A stretch of 64,000 bases of DNA, from assembly GCA_964618455.1 (NCBI GenBank), contig CAZUAQ010000015.1, positions 14,319 through 78,318 of the forward strand, given 5' to 3'. A program made the position numbers and the translations under genes. The notes beneath the pieces were generated by a model that was given only the letters and a program-made list of their open reading frames with translations, searched no databases and was not told where the DNA came from. This stretch comes from an uncultured Planctomycetales bacterium (lineage in GTDB: Bacteria > Planctomycetota > Phycisphaerae > UBA1845 > PWPN01). This document shows, piece after piece, positions 45,630 to 54,963 of this stretch; positions within the stretch are counted from its first letter, which is position 1; each line of letters starts with the position of its first letter.

Positions 45630-46424
45630 TCAGGCCGCCGCGGTGACGGTGTGCAGGATCTCGGAATTCAGCAGGTCGGCCACGGAATCCACGACGATGT
45701 CCGGGCGGTAGGCGTAGTGGGCGAGTTCTTCGCGTTTCGTGCCACCGGAGAGCACCAGCACCGTGCGGTAGCCCATCTGAACACCGCCGAGGATGTCGGT
45801 CTCCATCGTGTCGCCGATCATCGTCGTCTCACCCGTGGTCAGGCCCATCGCCTTGCGAGCCTCCCGCATCATGACGGGGCTGGGCTTGCCGACGCTGAAC
45901 GCCTGGGCTCCGGTCGCGGATTCCAGCATCGCCACCAGCGCGCCACACCCCATCCGCGTCCCGCCGTTGGCGGTCGGGCAGCTCGCGTCCAGGTTCGTGG
46001 CGATGAGCTTTGCACCTCGGAGAAGCATCTGGATGGCGGTATCGATCATCTCCATGCTGAGCGTCCGCCCTTCCCCGACGACCACGTAATCCGGATCGTG
46101 GTCGACGATTGCGTACCCATTGGAATGCAACGCATTCAGCAGACCGCCTTCGCCGATCACGTAGGCGGTGCCGTAAGGCTTCTGCCGGGCGAGAAACTGG
46201 GCCGTCGCCATGGCGCACGTGTAGATATGATCGTCCTCGATATTGAATCCCATGCGGCGCAGTTTCGTCGCCACGTCGCGACGCGTCCGCTGGCTGTTGT
46301 TGGTCACGAAGAGAAACGGAATCTCCGCCTCCCGAAGCTCGTTAATGAATCGATCCGCATCGGGGATCATCTGACTCCCCCGGTAGATCACGCCATCCAT
46401 GTCGATCAGGAATCCTTGTTTCAT
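45630..46424 (-). CDS. HAD-superfamily subfamily IIA phosphatase (NagD-like)
   Basis: Motif I FLIDMDGVIY. FVTNNS. GKPS. GDTMETDILGG. Collinear with E. coli NagD. Confidence 0.85.
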   Translation of the reverse strand: MKQGFLIDMDGVIYRGSQMIPDADRFINELREAEIPFLFVTNNSQRTRRDVATKLRRMGFNIEDDHIYTCAMATAQFLARQKPYGTAYVIGEGGLLNALHSNGYAIVDHDPDYVVVGEGRTLSMEMIDTAIQMLLRGAKLIATNLDASCPTANGGTRMGCGALVAMLESATGAQAFSVGKPSPVMMREARKAMGLTTGETTMIGDTMETDILGGVQMGYRTVLVLSGGTKREELAHYAYRPDIVVDSVADLLNSEILHTVTAAA

Positions 46425-46963
46425 CTCACTACATCCTTCGTTTGCAGGCCACTGAAAACTCTGTCCTGCCTAATCCCATCCGAGAAGTCGGTCCAGGCCT
46501 CCGATGCCACGGCACCCGCTAACTGGCACGTCTTCACCGTATCTCGTGCAAGGCCAATGCCAAATCGCTTTAGAGGGCAGAAGAGATCGCCCCACAGTCC
46601 TTGATATCAGCCCGATCACGCACGCACACGATGAAGCGTAACGACTCTAATCCGCCTACCAATAGCAATAATGAGGATAATCTGAGAATATGATTAACTC
46701 TCAAGATCATTGGTCATGCCAATACACAAGCACACCAATGGTGCTGCCAGGAGAAAGTCTCCAGGCTCCCCTGTCCGCAAGTTAGACACCGACTCCCCGC
46801 CATGCCTATGAAGTGCGCGACCCATAACTCCATTCCTGTTAAGGATTTGTGTAGGAGCTACCCAGGGCGATCCAACTCGAATAGAATGCACGCTTAGGAT
46901 CGTCTGCACAAAGCCCGGAAATCCGGCACCCCTGAGAGACCAGTAACGCATTCCCACTGATTC

Positions 46964-47731
46964 ATGCTCGCCAAACGTATCATTCCGTGCCTCGATGTTC
47001 ACGCCGGTCGCGTGGTCAAAGGTGTGAACTTCGTGAATCTTCGCGATGCGGGAGACCCGGTGGAAATCGCCCGCCAGTACGAGGAAGCCGGCGCGGACGA
47101 ACTCGTCTTTCTCGACATCACCGCCAGCCATGAGGATCGGGACATCATCCTTGACGTGGTCCGTCACGTGGCGGAGGAATGCTTCATGCCCTTCACGGTC
47201 GGAGGTGGAATCCGCACGATCGACGATGTCACGCGTCTGGTTCAAGCTGGAGCGGAAAAAGTGTCCATCAACACGGCGGCGGTGCTCAATCCTGCCATCG
47301 TGACCGAAACGGCCCGGCGCTTCGGGCGTTGCTGCACCGTCGTCAATATCGATCCGAAACGCGTGCACAAAGAGGGTCGCGAATTCTGGGATGTCCACAT
47401 TCATGGCGGGCGAACGCCCACGGGCAAGGAGGCGGTGGCCTGGGCGCGGGAGGTGGAATCACTTGGCGCCGGCGAAATCGTACTCACCTGCATGGACGCG
47501 GACGGTACGAAGGACGGGTACGACCTGGAGATTACCCGCGCGGTTTCGGAGGCGGTATCCATACCGGTAGTCGCTTCCGGTGGCGCGGGGTGCCCTGATC
47601 ATCTGGCTGATGCCGTGACGATCGGCAAAGCGGATGCGGCACTGGCGGCGAGCATTTTCCACTTCGGCACCTACACCATCGCCGAAACAAAACAACATAT
47701 GGCGGGACGTGGCATTCCCGTTCGGATATGA
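46964..47731 (+). CDS. hisF: imidazole glycerol phosphate synthase cyclase subunit
   Basis: [54 protein letters not shown]. Confidence 0.93.
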   Translation: MLAKRIIPCLDVHAGRVVKGVNFVNLRDAGDPVEIARQYEEAGADELVFLDITASHEDRDIILDVVRHVAEECFMPFTVGGGIRTIDDVTRLVQAGAEKVSINTAAVLNPAIVTETARRFGRCCTVVNIDPKRVHKEGREFWDVHIHGGRTPTGKEAVAWAREVESLGAGEIVLTCMDADGTKDGYDLEITRAVSEAVSIPVVASGGAGCPDHLADAVTIGKADAALAASIFHFGTYTIAETKQHMAGRGIPVRI

Positions 47732-47814
47732 TGGTAAAGAGATCGCACTGAGACGGACTTCATCTTGAGTGCGTACAGCATAGGAAGCTTTCAGGACACA
47801 GGGAGTCGACTTTC

Positions 47815-49038
47815 ATGGCCGATACCACAACCAGCAAACCCGCCAACGAAGAGCACAGCGAGATCGTCAATGATCCGGCCAGCGTCGCCAAGGTCAAGGA
47901 AGAACTGGAAGCCGCCCGGGTGGATCCGGAACCGAAGGGCGAGCCCAAGGTCCACCGCTACCTGGGATACGTCTGCGAGATCAAAGCCTCGGATCTTCAC
48001 TTCAAATCGAATGCGCGGGTTCACGTACGTCACAAGGGTGAACTCAAGCCCATCAAGGGCGAGCCACTGAGCCCCGAGGAAGTGGAAGCCATCTGGTTCG
48101 AGGTCATGAACGAGCATCAGCTCAAGCAGTTGGCGGAGAAAGGCGCCTCGGACTTTGCCTACCAGCTTGGCGACGGGGACCGCTTCCGCGTGAACATTTT
48201 CCGCCAGCGCGGCACCCTCAGCGTGGCGGCCCGACGTGTGAACGCCGAGATCTTCGATTTCAAGGCATTGCACCTGCCGGAATCGATGTACCGTATTACC
48301 GAATACCACCAAGGGCTGGTCCTGCTGGCGGGAATCACCGGATCGGGTAAGTCGACGACGATCGCCGCTGCGCTGGACCACATCAACGCGACGCGTGCCT
48401 GCCACATCGTGACGGTGGAAGACCCGATCGAATACCTGTTCCAGGATAAGAAGGCGCTCGTCAACCAGCGCGAGGTGGGCGTGGATGTCAACAACTTCCA
48501 GGATGCCCTGAAGTACCTGATGCGTGAAGACCCGGACGTGGTGCTGGTCGGCGAGATGCGCGACGAGGAAACGTTCGCGGCGGCGTTGAACGCGGCCGAG
48601 ACGGGCCACCTCGTGTTCGGAACGGTCCACGCCTCGAGCAGTTCCCAGACCATCAACCGCGTGCTCGACCTCATGCCGGAGGGCTCCCGCGAACTGATCC
48701 GGCAGACCATGGTCTTCAACCTCCAGGCGATCATCTGCCAGAAGCTGCTCAAGAGCATCAAGCCGGGTGTCCCGCGGGTACCGGCGGTGGAAATCATGTT
48801 CGCCAATCCGACGGTGCGCAAGCTCATCGACGAGAAGCGGGACGACGAGATCAGCAAGGTCATCCGCGCCTCGCTGGCCGAGGGCATGCTGGACATGAAC
48901 GAATGCCTGAGGCGGCTGGTCGAGAGCGAATTCATCACCACGGAGACCGCCTACAGCGCCTCGCCGAATCCGCAGGAATTGAAGATGCGGCTGAAGGGCA
49001 TCACCGCCGGTGGTGCGGGCGGCGGCATTCTCGGCTAG
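47815..49038 (+). CDS. pilT: type IV pilus retraction ATPase PilT/PilU family
   Basis: ASDLHF. Canonical Walker A GITGSGKSTT. Asp box VTVEDPIEY. Walker B REDPDVVLVGEMRD. His box TGHLVFGTVHA. Acidic N-terminal extension of about 55 aa. Confidence 0.88.
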   Translation: MADTTTSKPANEEHSEIVNDPASVAKVKEELEAARVDPEPKGEPKVHRYLGYVCEIKASDLHFKSNARVHVRHKGELKPIKGEPLSPEEVEAIWFEVMNEHQLKQLAEKGASDFAYQLGDGDRFRVNIFRQRGTLSVAARRVNAEIFDFKALHLPESMYRITEYHQGLVLLAGITGSGKSTTIAAALDHINATRACHIVTVEDPIEYLFQDKKALVNQREVGVDVNNFQDALKYLMREDPDVVLVGEMRDEETFAAALNAAETGHLVFGTVHASSSSQTINRVLDLMPEGSRELIRQTMVFNLQAIICQKLLKSIKPGVPRVPAVEIMFANPTVRKLIDEKRDDEISKVIRASLAEGMLDMNECLRRLVESEFITTETAYSASPNPQELKMRLKGITAGGAGGGILG

Positions 49039-49202
49039 ACTGAACCAGTCCCGGCTCCGCCGCGCGACGCTGCTGATGCTCAGAGGACCGAGCCGGGTTC
49101 ATCGCGAGCGGGGCTACTCACCCCCGCCCGATATGGTTATCATTCCCGACTCGGGGTGGACGTACCCCGCTTGGACTTGATTCTACACCCAGCGGAGCTT
49201 TC

Positions 49203-50975
49203 ATGGACCCGATGAGACACCGTATCTATTCTCTACCTATAGCTTCCCTCGGACTTTTTCTGCTGATGTCCGGGCGCGCCGAGGGCGCGACGCTGCTCGG
49301 GGCCCTGCCCGATCCCGGAGGCTACGTCAGCGCGACCCGCGTCATCCTGATCTTCGCAGCCGCGATTCCCTGGCTGGCCTTCTGCCAGTGGGTGAACACG
49401 GACACGGACTTCGTCCGGCGAATGAAGAAGGAAATCTGGAACAACGTGGTCTTCTGGGGGGGACTGGCAGGCCTGCTGTCCTGGATGATACTGCCCTGGA
49501 ACACGACGGGGCTCTTCGCCGCCGGTTTCGGTCTCTGGTTCGTGATCACCGTCGGCGTGTGCAGCATCTACGTGGTGATGCGGAACGGCCTGGTGGATCC
49601 CGGCGCCCGGGTGTTCACGCCGCGCCACATCAAGGGCGTGTTCGGGAACATGGGCAAGAAGAAGGAGCAGAAGCTGGACGCCGTCGAGCGGGTCAAACTC
49701 AACGCCCACGACGGTACCAAGATCACCGTTCCCTCCGACCCGAACAAGATGGAAGCCTACGAAGACGCACAGAGTCTTCTCTTCGATGCGTTGTGGCGCC
49801 GGGCGACGGAAGTGGAGCTGATGGTCGGGAACGAAGCGGCCCGGCTTGCCTACCGGATCGACGGTGTCGTGACCCCGCGGAACGATCTGCTCGATCATGA
49901 ATCCGCCGACCGGGCGCTGACGTTTCTCAAGCGTGTGGCGGGGCTGGATATCGAGGAGCGCCGTAAACCCCAGAACGGTGCGCTGTCCGGCGCCATCAAC
50001 AGGACGGACGCGGGCATGACCGAGGTCGAAGTCCGCTCGAGCGGGACCACGCAGCACGAGCGACTGTCCCTGCGGATCACCGGCGAGGAGACACGACTGC
50101 GGATCAACGACCTCGGCATGAAGGAGAGCATGCAGGAGCGGTTCAGCGAAATCTGCAAGCTCCCCGGGGGCCTGGTGCTGGCGAGCGGACCGAAAGCCTC
50201 GGGCGTGACATCCACGCTCTATGCCTGCCTCCGAACGCATGACGCGTTCATGCAGAACCTGCTGACCATCGAGCGCGAGCCGCTGATGGAGCTGGAGAAC
50301 ATCACGCAGCACATCTACGACGCGACCAAGCACGAAGCCAGCTACGCCCGCCAGTTCCAGACCGTCCTTCGGCGTGAGCCGGACGTGGTGATGGTCAGCG
50401 ATTGCCAGGACCGGGAAACGGCTCACCTGGCTGCCAAATCGGCCGAAGACCAGAAGAAGATCTACATGGGCATCCAGGCGCGCGACTGCTTCGACGCCTT
50501 GAAGAAGCTGGTGAGCCTGGCCGGCGATACCGAGGCGGTGGCCAACGTACTGCAGGTCATCACGTCGCAGCGACTGGTGCGCAAACTCTGCATTGCCTGC
50601 CGGCAGGCGTACAAGCCGGACACCCAGTTGCTGAAGAAGGCCAATCTGCCCATCGACAAGATCGACCACTTCTACCGTCCGCCGCCGGACGGCCTCGTCG
50701 ACCAGAAGGGCAACCCGATCATCTGCAGCAACTGCCAGGGGTCGGGATACTTCGGCCGAACGGGCGTATTCGAAATGCTCGAGGTGGATGACAGCGTGCG
50801 CGAGTTGATCCGCAAGGGCCAGCCGGTCAACACGATCAAGGCCCAGTGCCGTAAGAACGGCATGCTCTACCTCGAAGAAGTCGCCCTGCAGAAGGTCATC
50901 ACGGGGGTCACGAGTATGAACGAGATCCTCCGCGTCCTGCGCGAAGAGGAGGCCGTGGGTCGGCCGCGTCGCTAA
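49203..50975 (+). CDS. membrane-anchored GspE/PilB-family homologue with degenerate nucleotide-binding motifs (predicted pseudo-ATPase)
   Basis: Four N-terminal hydrophobic segments. GspE core is present (RIDGV, LDIEERRKPQNG, tetracysteine CIAC...CSNC, GRTGVFEMLEV). Walker A reads GPKASGVT, the Walker B region reads DVVMVSDCQD, and the His box reads KKIYMGIQA. Confidence 0.8.
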   Translation: MDPMRHRIYSLPIASLGLFLLMSGRAEGATLLGALPDPGGYVSATRVILIFAAAIPWLAFCQWVNTDTDFVRRMKKEIWNNVVFWGGLAGLLSWMILPWNTTGLFAAGFGLWFVITVGVCSIYVVMRNGLVDPGARVFTPRHIKGVFGNMGKKKEQKLDAVERVKLNAHDGTKITVPSDPNKMEAYEDAQSLLFDALWRRATEVELMVGNEAARLAYRIDGVVTPRNDLLDHESADRALTFLKRVAGLDIEERRKPQNGALSGAINRTDAGMTEVEVRSSGTTQHERLSLRITGEETRLRINDLGMKESMQERFSEICKLPGGLVLASGPKASGVTSTLYACLRTHDAFMQNLLTIEREPLMELENITQHIYDATKHEASYARQFQTVLRREPDVVMVSDCQDRETAHLAAKSAEDQKKIYMGIQARDCFDALKKLVSLAGDTEAVANVLQVITSQRLVRKLCIACRQAYKPDTQLLKKANLPIDKIDHFYRPPPDGLVDQKGNPIICSNCQGSGYFGRTGVFEMLEVDDSVRELIRKGQPVNTIKAQCRKNGMLYLEEVALQKVITGVTSMNEILRVLREEEAVGRPRR

Positions 50976-50999
50976 ACCCGGAAAGATCGGATAACGCTT

Positions 51000-52829
51000 A
51001 TGTGGTTTTCACTTTTCATCGTCGTGCTGATCCTGGCGATCACGTTCTACCAAGGGCTGTACGGGCTGTTCAGTTCGTTCATCATGTGCGTCTGCACGGT
51101 GCTCGCGGCTTCTCTGGCATTCGGGATGTACGAGGATGTTTACTTCTCGTTCCTGGTGACCCGCCAGCCGGATCATGGCCGCGCCATCGCGTTCATGGCC
51201 ATCTTTCTGATCGCGCTGCTGGTCATGCGGGTGGTCGTGGATTTGATCATTACCAAGAACGTGGAGTTTCACCCCTACCTGGATCGCGCGGGTGGCGGCG
51301 TGTTCGGGTTCATCTCCGCCATGGTGATCATCGGATGCCTGGCCATCACTATTCAGATGCTGCCCTTCTATCCGTCGTTCCTGGGCTTCAGCCGCTACGC
51401 CGTGGTGACGCCCGAGGGTGAAACGGCGGATCCCTCGGAGGTCGACCTTGTCAATCTGAACTGGAACAAGGCAGAGGTGCGCGGCCCGCAGAGCCTCTGG
51501 TTCAACCCGGACGGGTTCACCGTTGGGCTGGTGTCGTACCTGTCCGACAACGCCCTGAACGGGGGCAGCAACTTCTCGGCCCAGCATCCGGAGTTCCTGA
51601 AATCGCTGAACGCCGCGCGCTGGGGGATTCCGCCGAAATCCAAGCACGTGGTTCCGGCCGATGCGCTGAAGATCGTGGGGTATTGGGATCTTCCCCCGGA
51701 TGCGCTGACCGATCCGCAGTGGTTCGAGGAAAGCGGCCGCACGAAGGTGGACATCAGCCGTGAGAAGGCCCCGGCGCCGCAGTCGGGCATGAAGCGAATC
51801 GTGGTCCGCGGCACGCTCAGTGGCAACGCCCGCGACGGCAAAGGGTATCGCTTCAACTCGTGGCAGGTCCAGCTGTTCGGCAGCACGGGCAGTCGCCTCG
51901 AAGTGTTCGACCTTTACGGCGCCAACGATCCCGTTCACCCGGAGCAGTTGGTGCGCGTCGCGCTCGGACGGGTGATGGAGTACACGCCCAAGGGGCAGGC
52001 GTCGTTCGACTGGGTCTTCGAGGTGCCCGACAGCGATCAGTTCACGCCGATGTACCTGGAGTACAAGCAGAACGCCCGGGCGGAGCTTCTCCCGACGCTG
52101 AACCGGAACGAAGAGCCTCCGCCGCCGCTGACCGCCGAAGGTGGCACGGGCGAGGACGGGGGCAACTCGGGGGGGACGGGCGGCGGCGGTACGAACAGTG
52201 GCAGCTCGAATTCCGGATCAACGACCGGGCAGGATCGCGTCTCCGGCGTCGGGCCGATGCGCGAGGAGACGAAGTACTCGAGTGCATTGCCGCTTGTGCT
52301 TACGAACTATGGAGGAAATCCCCAGGTCGTCTCAGGTGAACTTCGCGGTGGCAATTTGGTAGCTCAGCTTGACGATAACTGGCAGCCCATTCGAGGCGAC
52401 AAGTCTCCTCTCCGATCCTTCGTGGTCCCCCCCAATATGACGATGCTGCAACTCAACGTTGAGAAGCTTGACCCTCAAAGCTGGATTGGTAACTTATATG
52501 GAGCATTCAGCGACAAAACGCAGAACTTTTATATCATCGACTCGAATAACAGGAATCACCGCCCTGTCGGTTCCTACTCCATCGCCGAAGTTGGTGGCAA
52601 GAAATGGATTGAGATCCTGTTTCTCGATCAGGATGCACGAAGCGTCGACTACGGCTTACCCAAGCCTCGCCGAATCCAACCGCGCGATCTAAAGGGAGAT
52701 TACACCTACGTATTCCTCTTCCATCTCCCCCCCGGCACAAAACCCATCAAGTTGCAAGCCGGGCGGACTCCGGTCGACCTACGCAGTTTGAACATCGCCC
52801 CCGCACCGAGCAACGTGCCGGCGTCGTAA
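51000..52829 (+). CDS. CvpA-like 4-TM domain fused to a large (about 470 aa) non-cytoplasmic domain of unknown function
   Basis: N-terminus MWFSLFIVVLILAITFYQGLYGLFSSF...LDRAGGGVFGFISAMVIIG resembles CvpA (colicin V production) family topology. A G/S-rich linker (GGTGEDGGNSGGTGGGGTNSGSSNSGS) lies inside the C-terminal part. Confidence 0.6.
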   Translation: MWFSLFIVVLILAITFYQGLYGLFSSFIMCVCTVLAASLAFGMYEDVYFSFLVTRQPDHGRAIAFMAIFLIALLVMRVVVDLIITKNVEFHPYLDRAGGGVFGFISAMVIIGCLAITIQMLPFYPSFLGFSRYAVVTPEGETADPSEVDLVNLNWNKAEVRGPQSLWFNPDGFTVGLVSYLSDNALNGGSNFSAQHPEFLKSLNAARWGIPPKSKHVVPADALKIVGYWDLPPDALTDPQWFEESGRTKVDISREKAPAPQSGMKRIVVRGTLSGNARDGKGYRFNSWQVQLFGSTGSRLEVFDLYGANDPVHPEQLVRVALGRVMEYTPKGQASFDWVFEVPDSDQFTPMYLEYKQNARAELLPTLNRNEEPPPPLTAEGGTGEDGGNSGGTGGGGTNSGSSNSGSTTGQDRVSGVGPMREETKYSSALPLVLTNYGGNPQVVSGELRGGNLVAQLDDNWQPIRGDKSPLRSFVVPPNMTMLQLNVEKLDPQSWIGNLYGAFSDKTQNFYIIDSNNRNHRPVGSYSIAEVGGKKWIEILFLDQDARSVDYGLPKPRRIQPRDLKGDYTYVFLFHLPPGTKPIKLQAGRTPVDLRSLNIAPAPSNVPAS

Positions 52830-52867
52830 TCCGCGACGGCCGTAATCCGCGACAGCTTCACGGCTGA

Positions 52868-52911
52868 GAAATGAAAACGGCCTCCGCACGGGTTGATTCC
52901 GCGGGAGGCCG
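52868..52911 (-). terminator. rho-independent terminator for the PPIase gene (minus strand)
   Basis: Arms cggcctccgc (52878-52887) and gcgggaggccg (52901-52911). On the minus strand the hairpin is followed by UUUUCAUUUCUC. Confidence 0.55.
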
Positions 52912-52958
52912 GGTCAATGCTACAGGCTTGGTGCTGCCGTCAGAACTGTCCTTCGGCG

Positions 52959-54320
52959 TTACTCCAGCTTCGCCCCATCACCGGACTTGTCCTCAGCTTC
53001 CGCCTTTTCCTCTTCCTTGGGTTGATCAGCCGACTTCTCGGCAGCCTCTTCTTCCTTCTCGCCATCCGCCTGATCCGGCCGAACCGGGCCGGGAACCGTC
53101 TTGGGCTTGGCCATGACGCCCTCGGCATACGTGATCTCCGCCTCGTCCTTGAGATCCTTCAGGAGCTCGTTACGCGCCCGCGTGGCGGCGTTGCCCTCGA
53201 GTTCCGTGCGGATGGATGCCTTCACGTCGTCGTAGGGCATCGTCTTGCCTTCCTTGATGTCCGTCAGCTTGATGATGTGGTACCCGAATTGCGTCTCCAC
53301 GACATCACTGACCTCGCCGACTTTCATCGCGAATGCCGCGTTGCCGAAGGGCTCGACCATGACGTTGGGGGTATGCCGGGTTCGTTTCAACGCGAAAAAG
53401 TTCAGATCACCGCCACGGGCGGAGCTGGGGCACTGCGAGTGTGACTTCGCGAGATCGGCGAATTCCTCATCGCCCTTCTTGACTTCCTTCAGGATTTTCT
53501 CGATCTCTTCGCGCGCCTCTTTTTTCGTCTTCTCGTCGGCATTGGGGTCGACCTTGATGAGAATATGGCTGGCGCGGCGCTGCTCCGGGATCTCGTAGCG
53601 GCGCTGCTTGTTGCGTTCGTAATGGGCCTTGACGCCTTCCTCCGTGACGTCGTCGAAGAACTTCTTCTTGCTCTTGCGGGTCAGCTTCAGAAAGCGCTGC
53701 GTGCGAACAATGTCGGGGCGGTTGATCAGCGTTTTCAGGTAGGCGTCCAGCTTCATGCCGGTGCCCTGCTCGACCTGGCGTTCCATCTCCGCTTCATCGA
53801 TGCCCCGGCCGGCCATGTACTGCTCCATCTGGGCCCGCATCGCCGCCATCATCTCCTCCTCCGACACCTCGATCTTCTCTTTGTCCGCCTCACGCTCCAT
53901 GAGGTAATCGTCCACCATCTGCCGGACGATCTGCACCTGGTTCTGCTTCACGATCTGCTCGATCTGCTTCTCCGCGACGGGCTGTTGCGGGTTGCGTTGC
54001 TGAAGAGAAGTCTTCACGAAACTCACAACATCACTCTTCATTATTTTGTGGTCGTCGATCTTGACCCACCAGGGATCCTCTTCCTTTCCGGCCTCCGCTT
54101 TTTTCTCGGCCTCGGCTGCTTTTTCGGCTTCCGCAGATGTCGCGCCTTCCGCCGCCTTGCCTTCTTCGGATTCCGCGGGTTCGGTTTCCACGGCGGCGGG
54201 CTTCGCTGCTTCTTCGGCCTTCGTTTCTTCCGCCTGGACTGCCGGGAATCCGCCCAACACGAAACATCCCAGGACATACATCAACCATCGCGTGTTCATC
54301 GCCTTCCTCACGTTTTCCAT
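52959..54320 (-). CDS. exported parvulin-type peptidyl-prolyl isomerase (SurA/PrsA/PpiD-like)
   Basis: Signal peptide MNTRWLMYVLGCFVLGGFPAVQA. PpiC domain RASHILIKV...GGDLNFF...FGYHIIKL. Lys/Glu/Ala-rich low-complexity ends. Confidence 0.85.
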   Translation of the reverse strand: MENVRKAMNTRWLMYVLGCFVLGGFPAVQAEETKAEEAAKPAAVETEPAESEEGKAAEGATSAEAEKAAEAEKKAEAGKEEDPWWVKIDDHKIMKSDVVSFVKTSLQQRNPQQPVAEKQIEQIVKQNQVQIVRQMVDDYLMEREADKEKIEVSEEEMMAAMRAQMEQYMAGRGIDEAEMERQVEQGTGMKLDAYLKTLINRPDIVRTQRFLKLTRKSKKKFFDDVTEEGVKAHYERNKQRRYEIPEQRRASHILIKVDPNADEKTKKEAREEIEKILKEVKKGDEEFADLAKSHSQCPSSARGGDLNFFALKRTRHTPNVMVEPFGNAAFAMKVGEVSDVVETQFGYHIIKLTDIKEGKTMPYDDVKASIRTELEGNAATRARNELLKDLKDEAEITYAEGVMAKPKTVPGPVRPDQADGEKEEEAAEKSADQPKEEEKAEAEDKSGDGAKLE

Positions 54321-54920
54321 CAGGGGGTTATCAACGAATCATGGGGTACGCCGCGGGCAACGCGACTCTTCGAGGCCCGCAAGCCAGCTTCTGCCCTTCA
54401 GTGGGTTGAACGCGACCCTTGCCGTGTCCGGTGGAAGAGACAAGCTGGAATCCGCATTCACACTACCGCAGGTCGCTGACGGGGTCAAAATCCACAGGAC
54501 CCTGGAAGGGCGGCGGACTCTGCCGACGGGTGCGAGAGACTCGGGAGAGACGACTCGATCCATCAGAAACGGCGGCGTACTCCGATCGTGTGAATGCGAA
54601 ACTCCACTTGTCATGCCCCTTTCGCCCTTCAGGACACCTCTCCCCGCAAGGGTCCTCTCCTCCGGAAAGCAACCTTCAACGATATGGCGACGATCGATGC
54701 TTCACCGATCATCCCGCCTCCAAATCCAGAGAGAAGCCCGGCCCGACCGCTATTCCGGCCGGGCCGGCATCTCTTTCCCGCGTCGTTGTCACGGGCTGGA
54801 TCGAGAGCCCTTTCCCTCGGCTCTCGCAGGAAAGCCCCTCCAGACTTTCCTGCCTCTCTCCTCCTCCAAGCTCCTCCGCAACCTCTTTCCGATCCTCGTT
54901 TCCGGCCGACACCTGCTTCT

Positions 54921-54963
54921 TTACCCGGCGCCCTTCATTACCCGGCGCCCTTCGTTACCAGGC
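54921..54963. repeat. tandem 17-mer (2.5 copies) in the non-coding region
   Basis: ttacccggcgcccttca / ttacccggcgcccttcg / ttaccaggc. Confidence 0.7.

Noticed and set aside
46735-46775. RNase P CR-I-like string caGGAGAAAGUCUCCAGGCUCC
   Set aside because: It folds on itself as a simple GGAGA/UCUCC hairpin and deviates from GAGGAAAGUCCGGGC. No matching 3' P4 strand is nearby.
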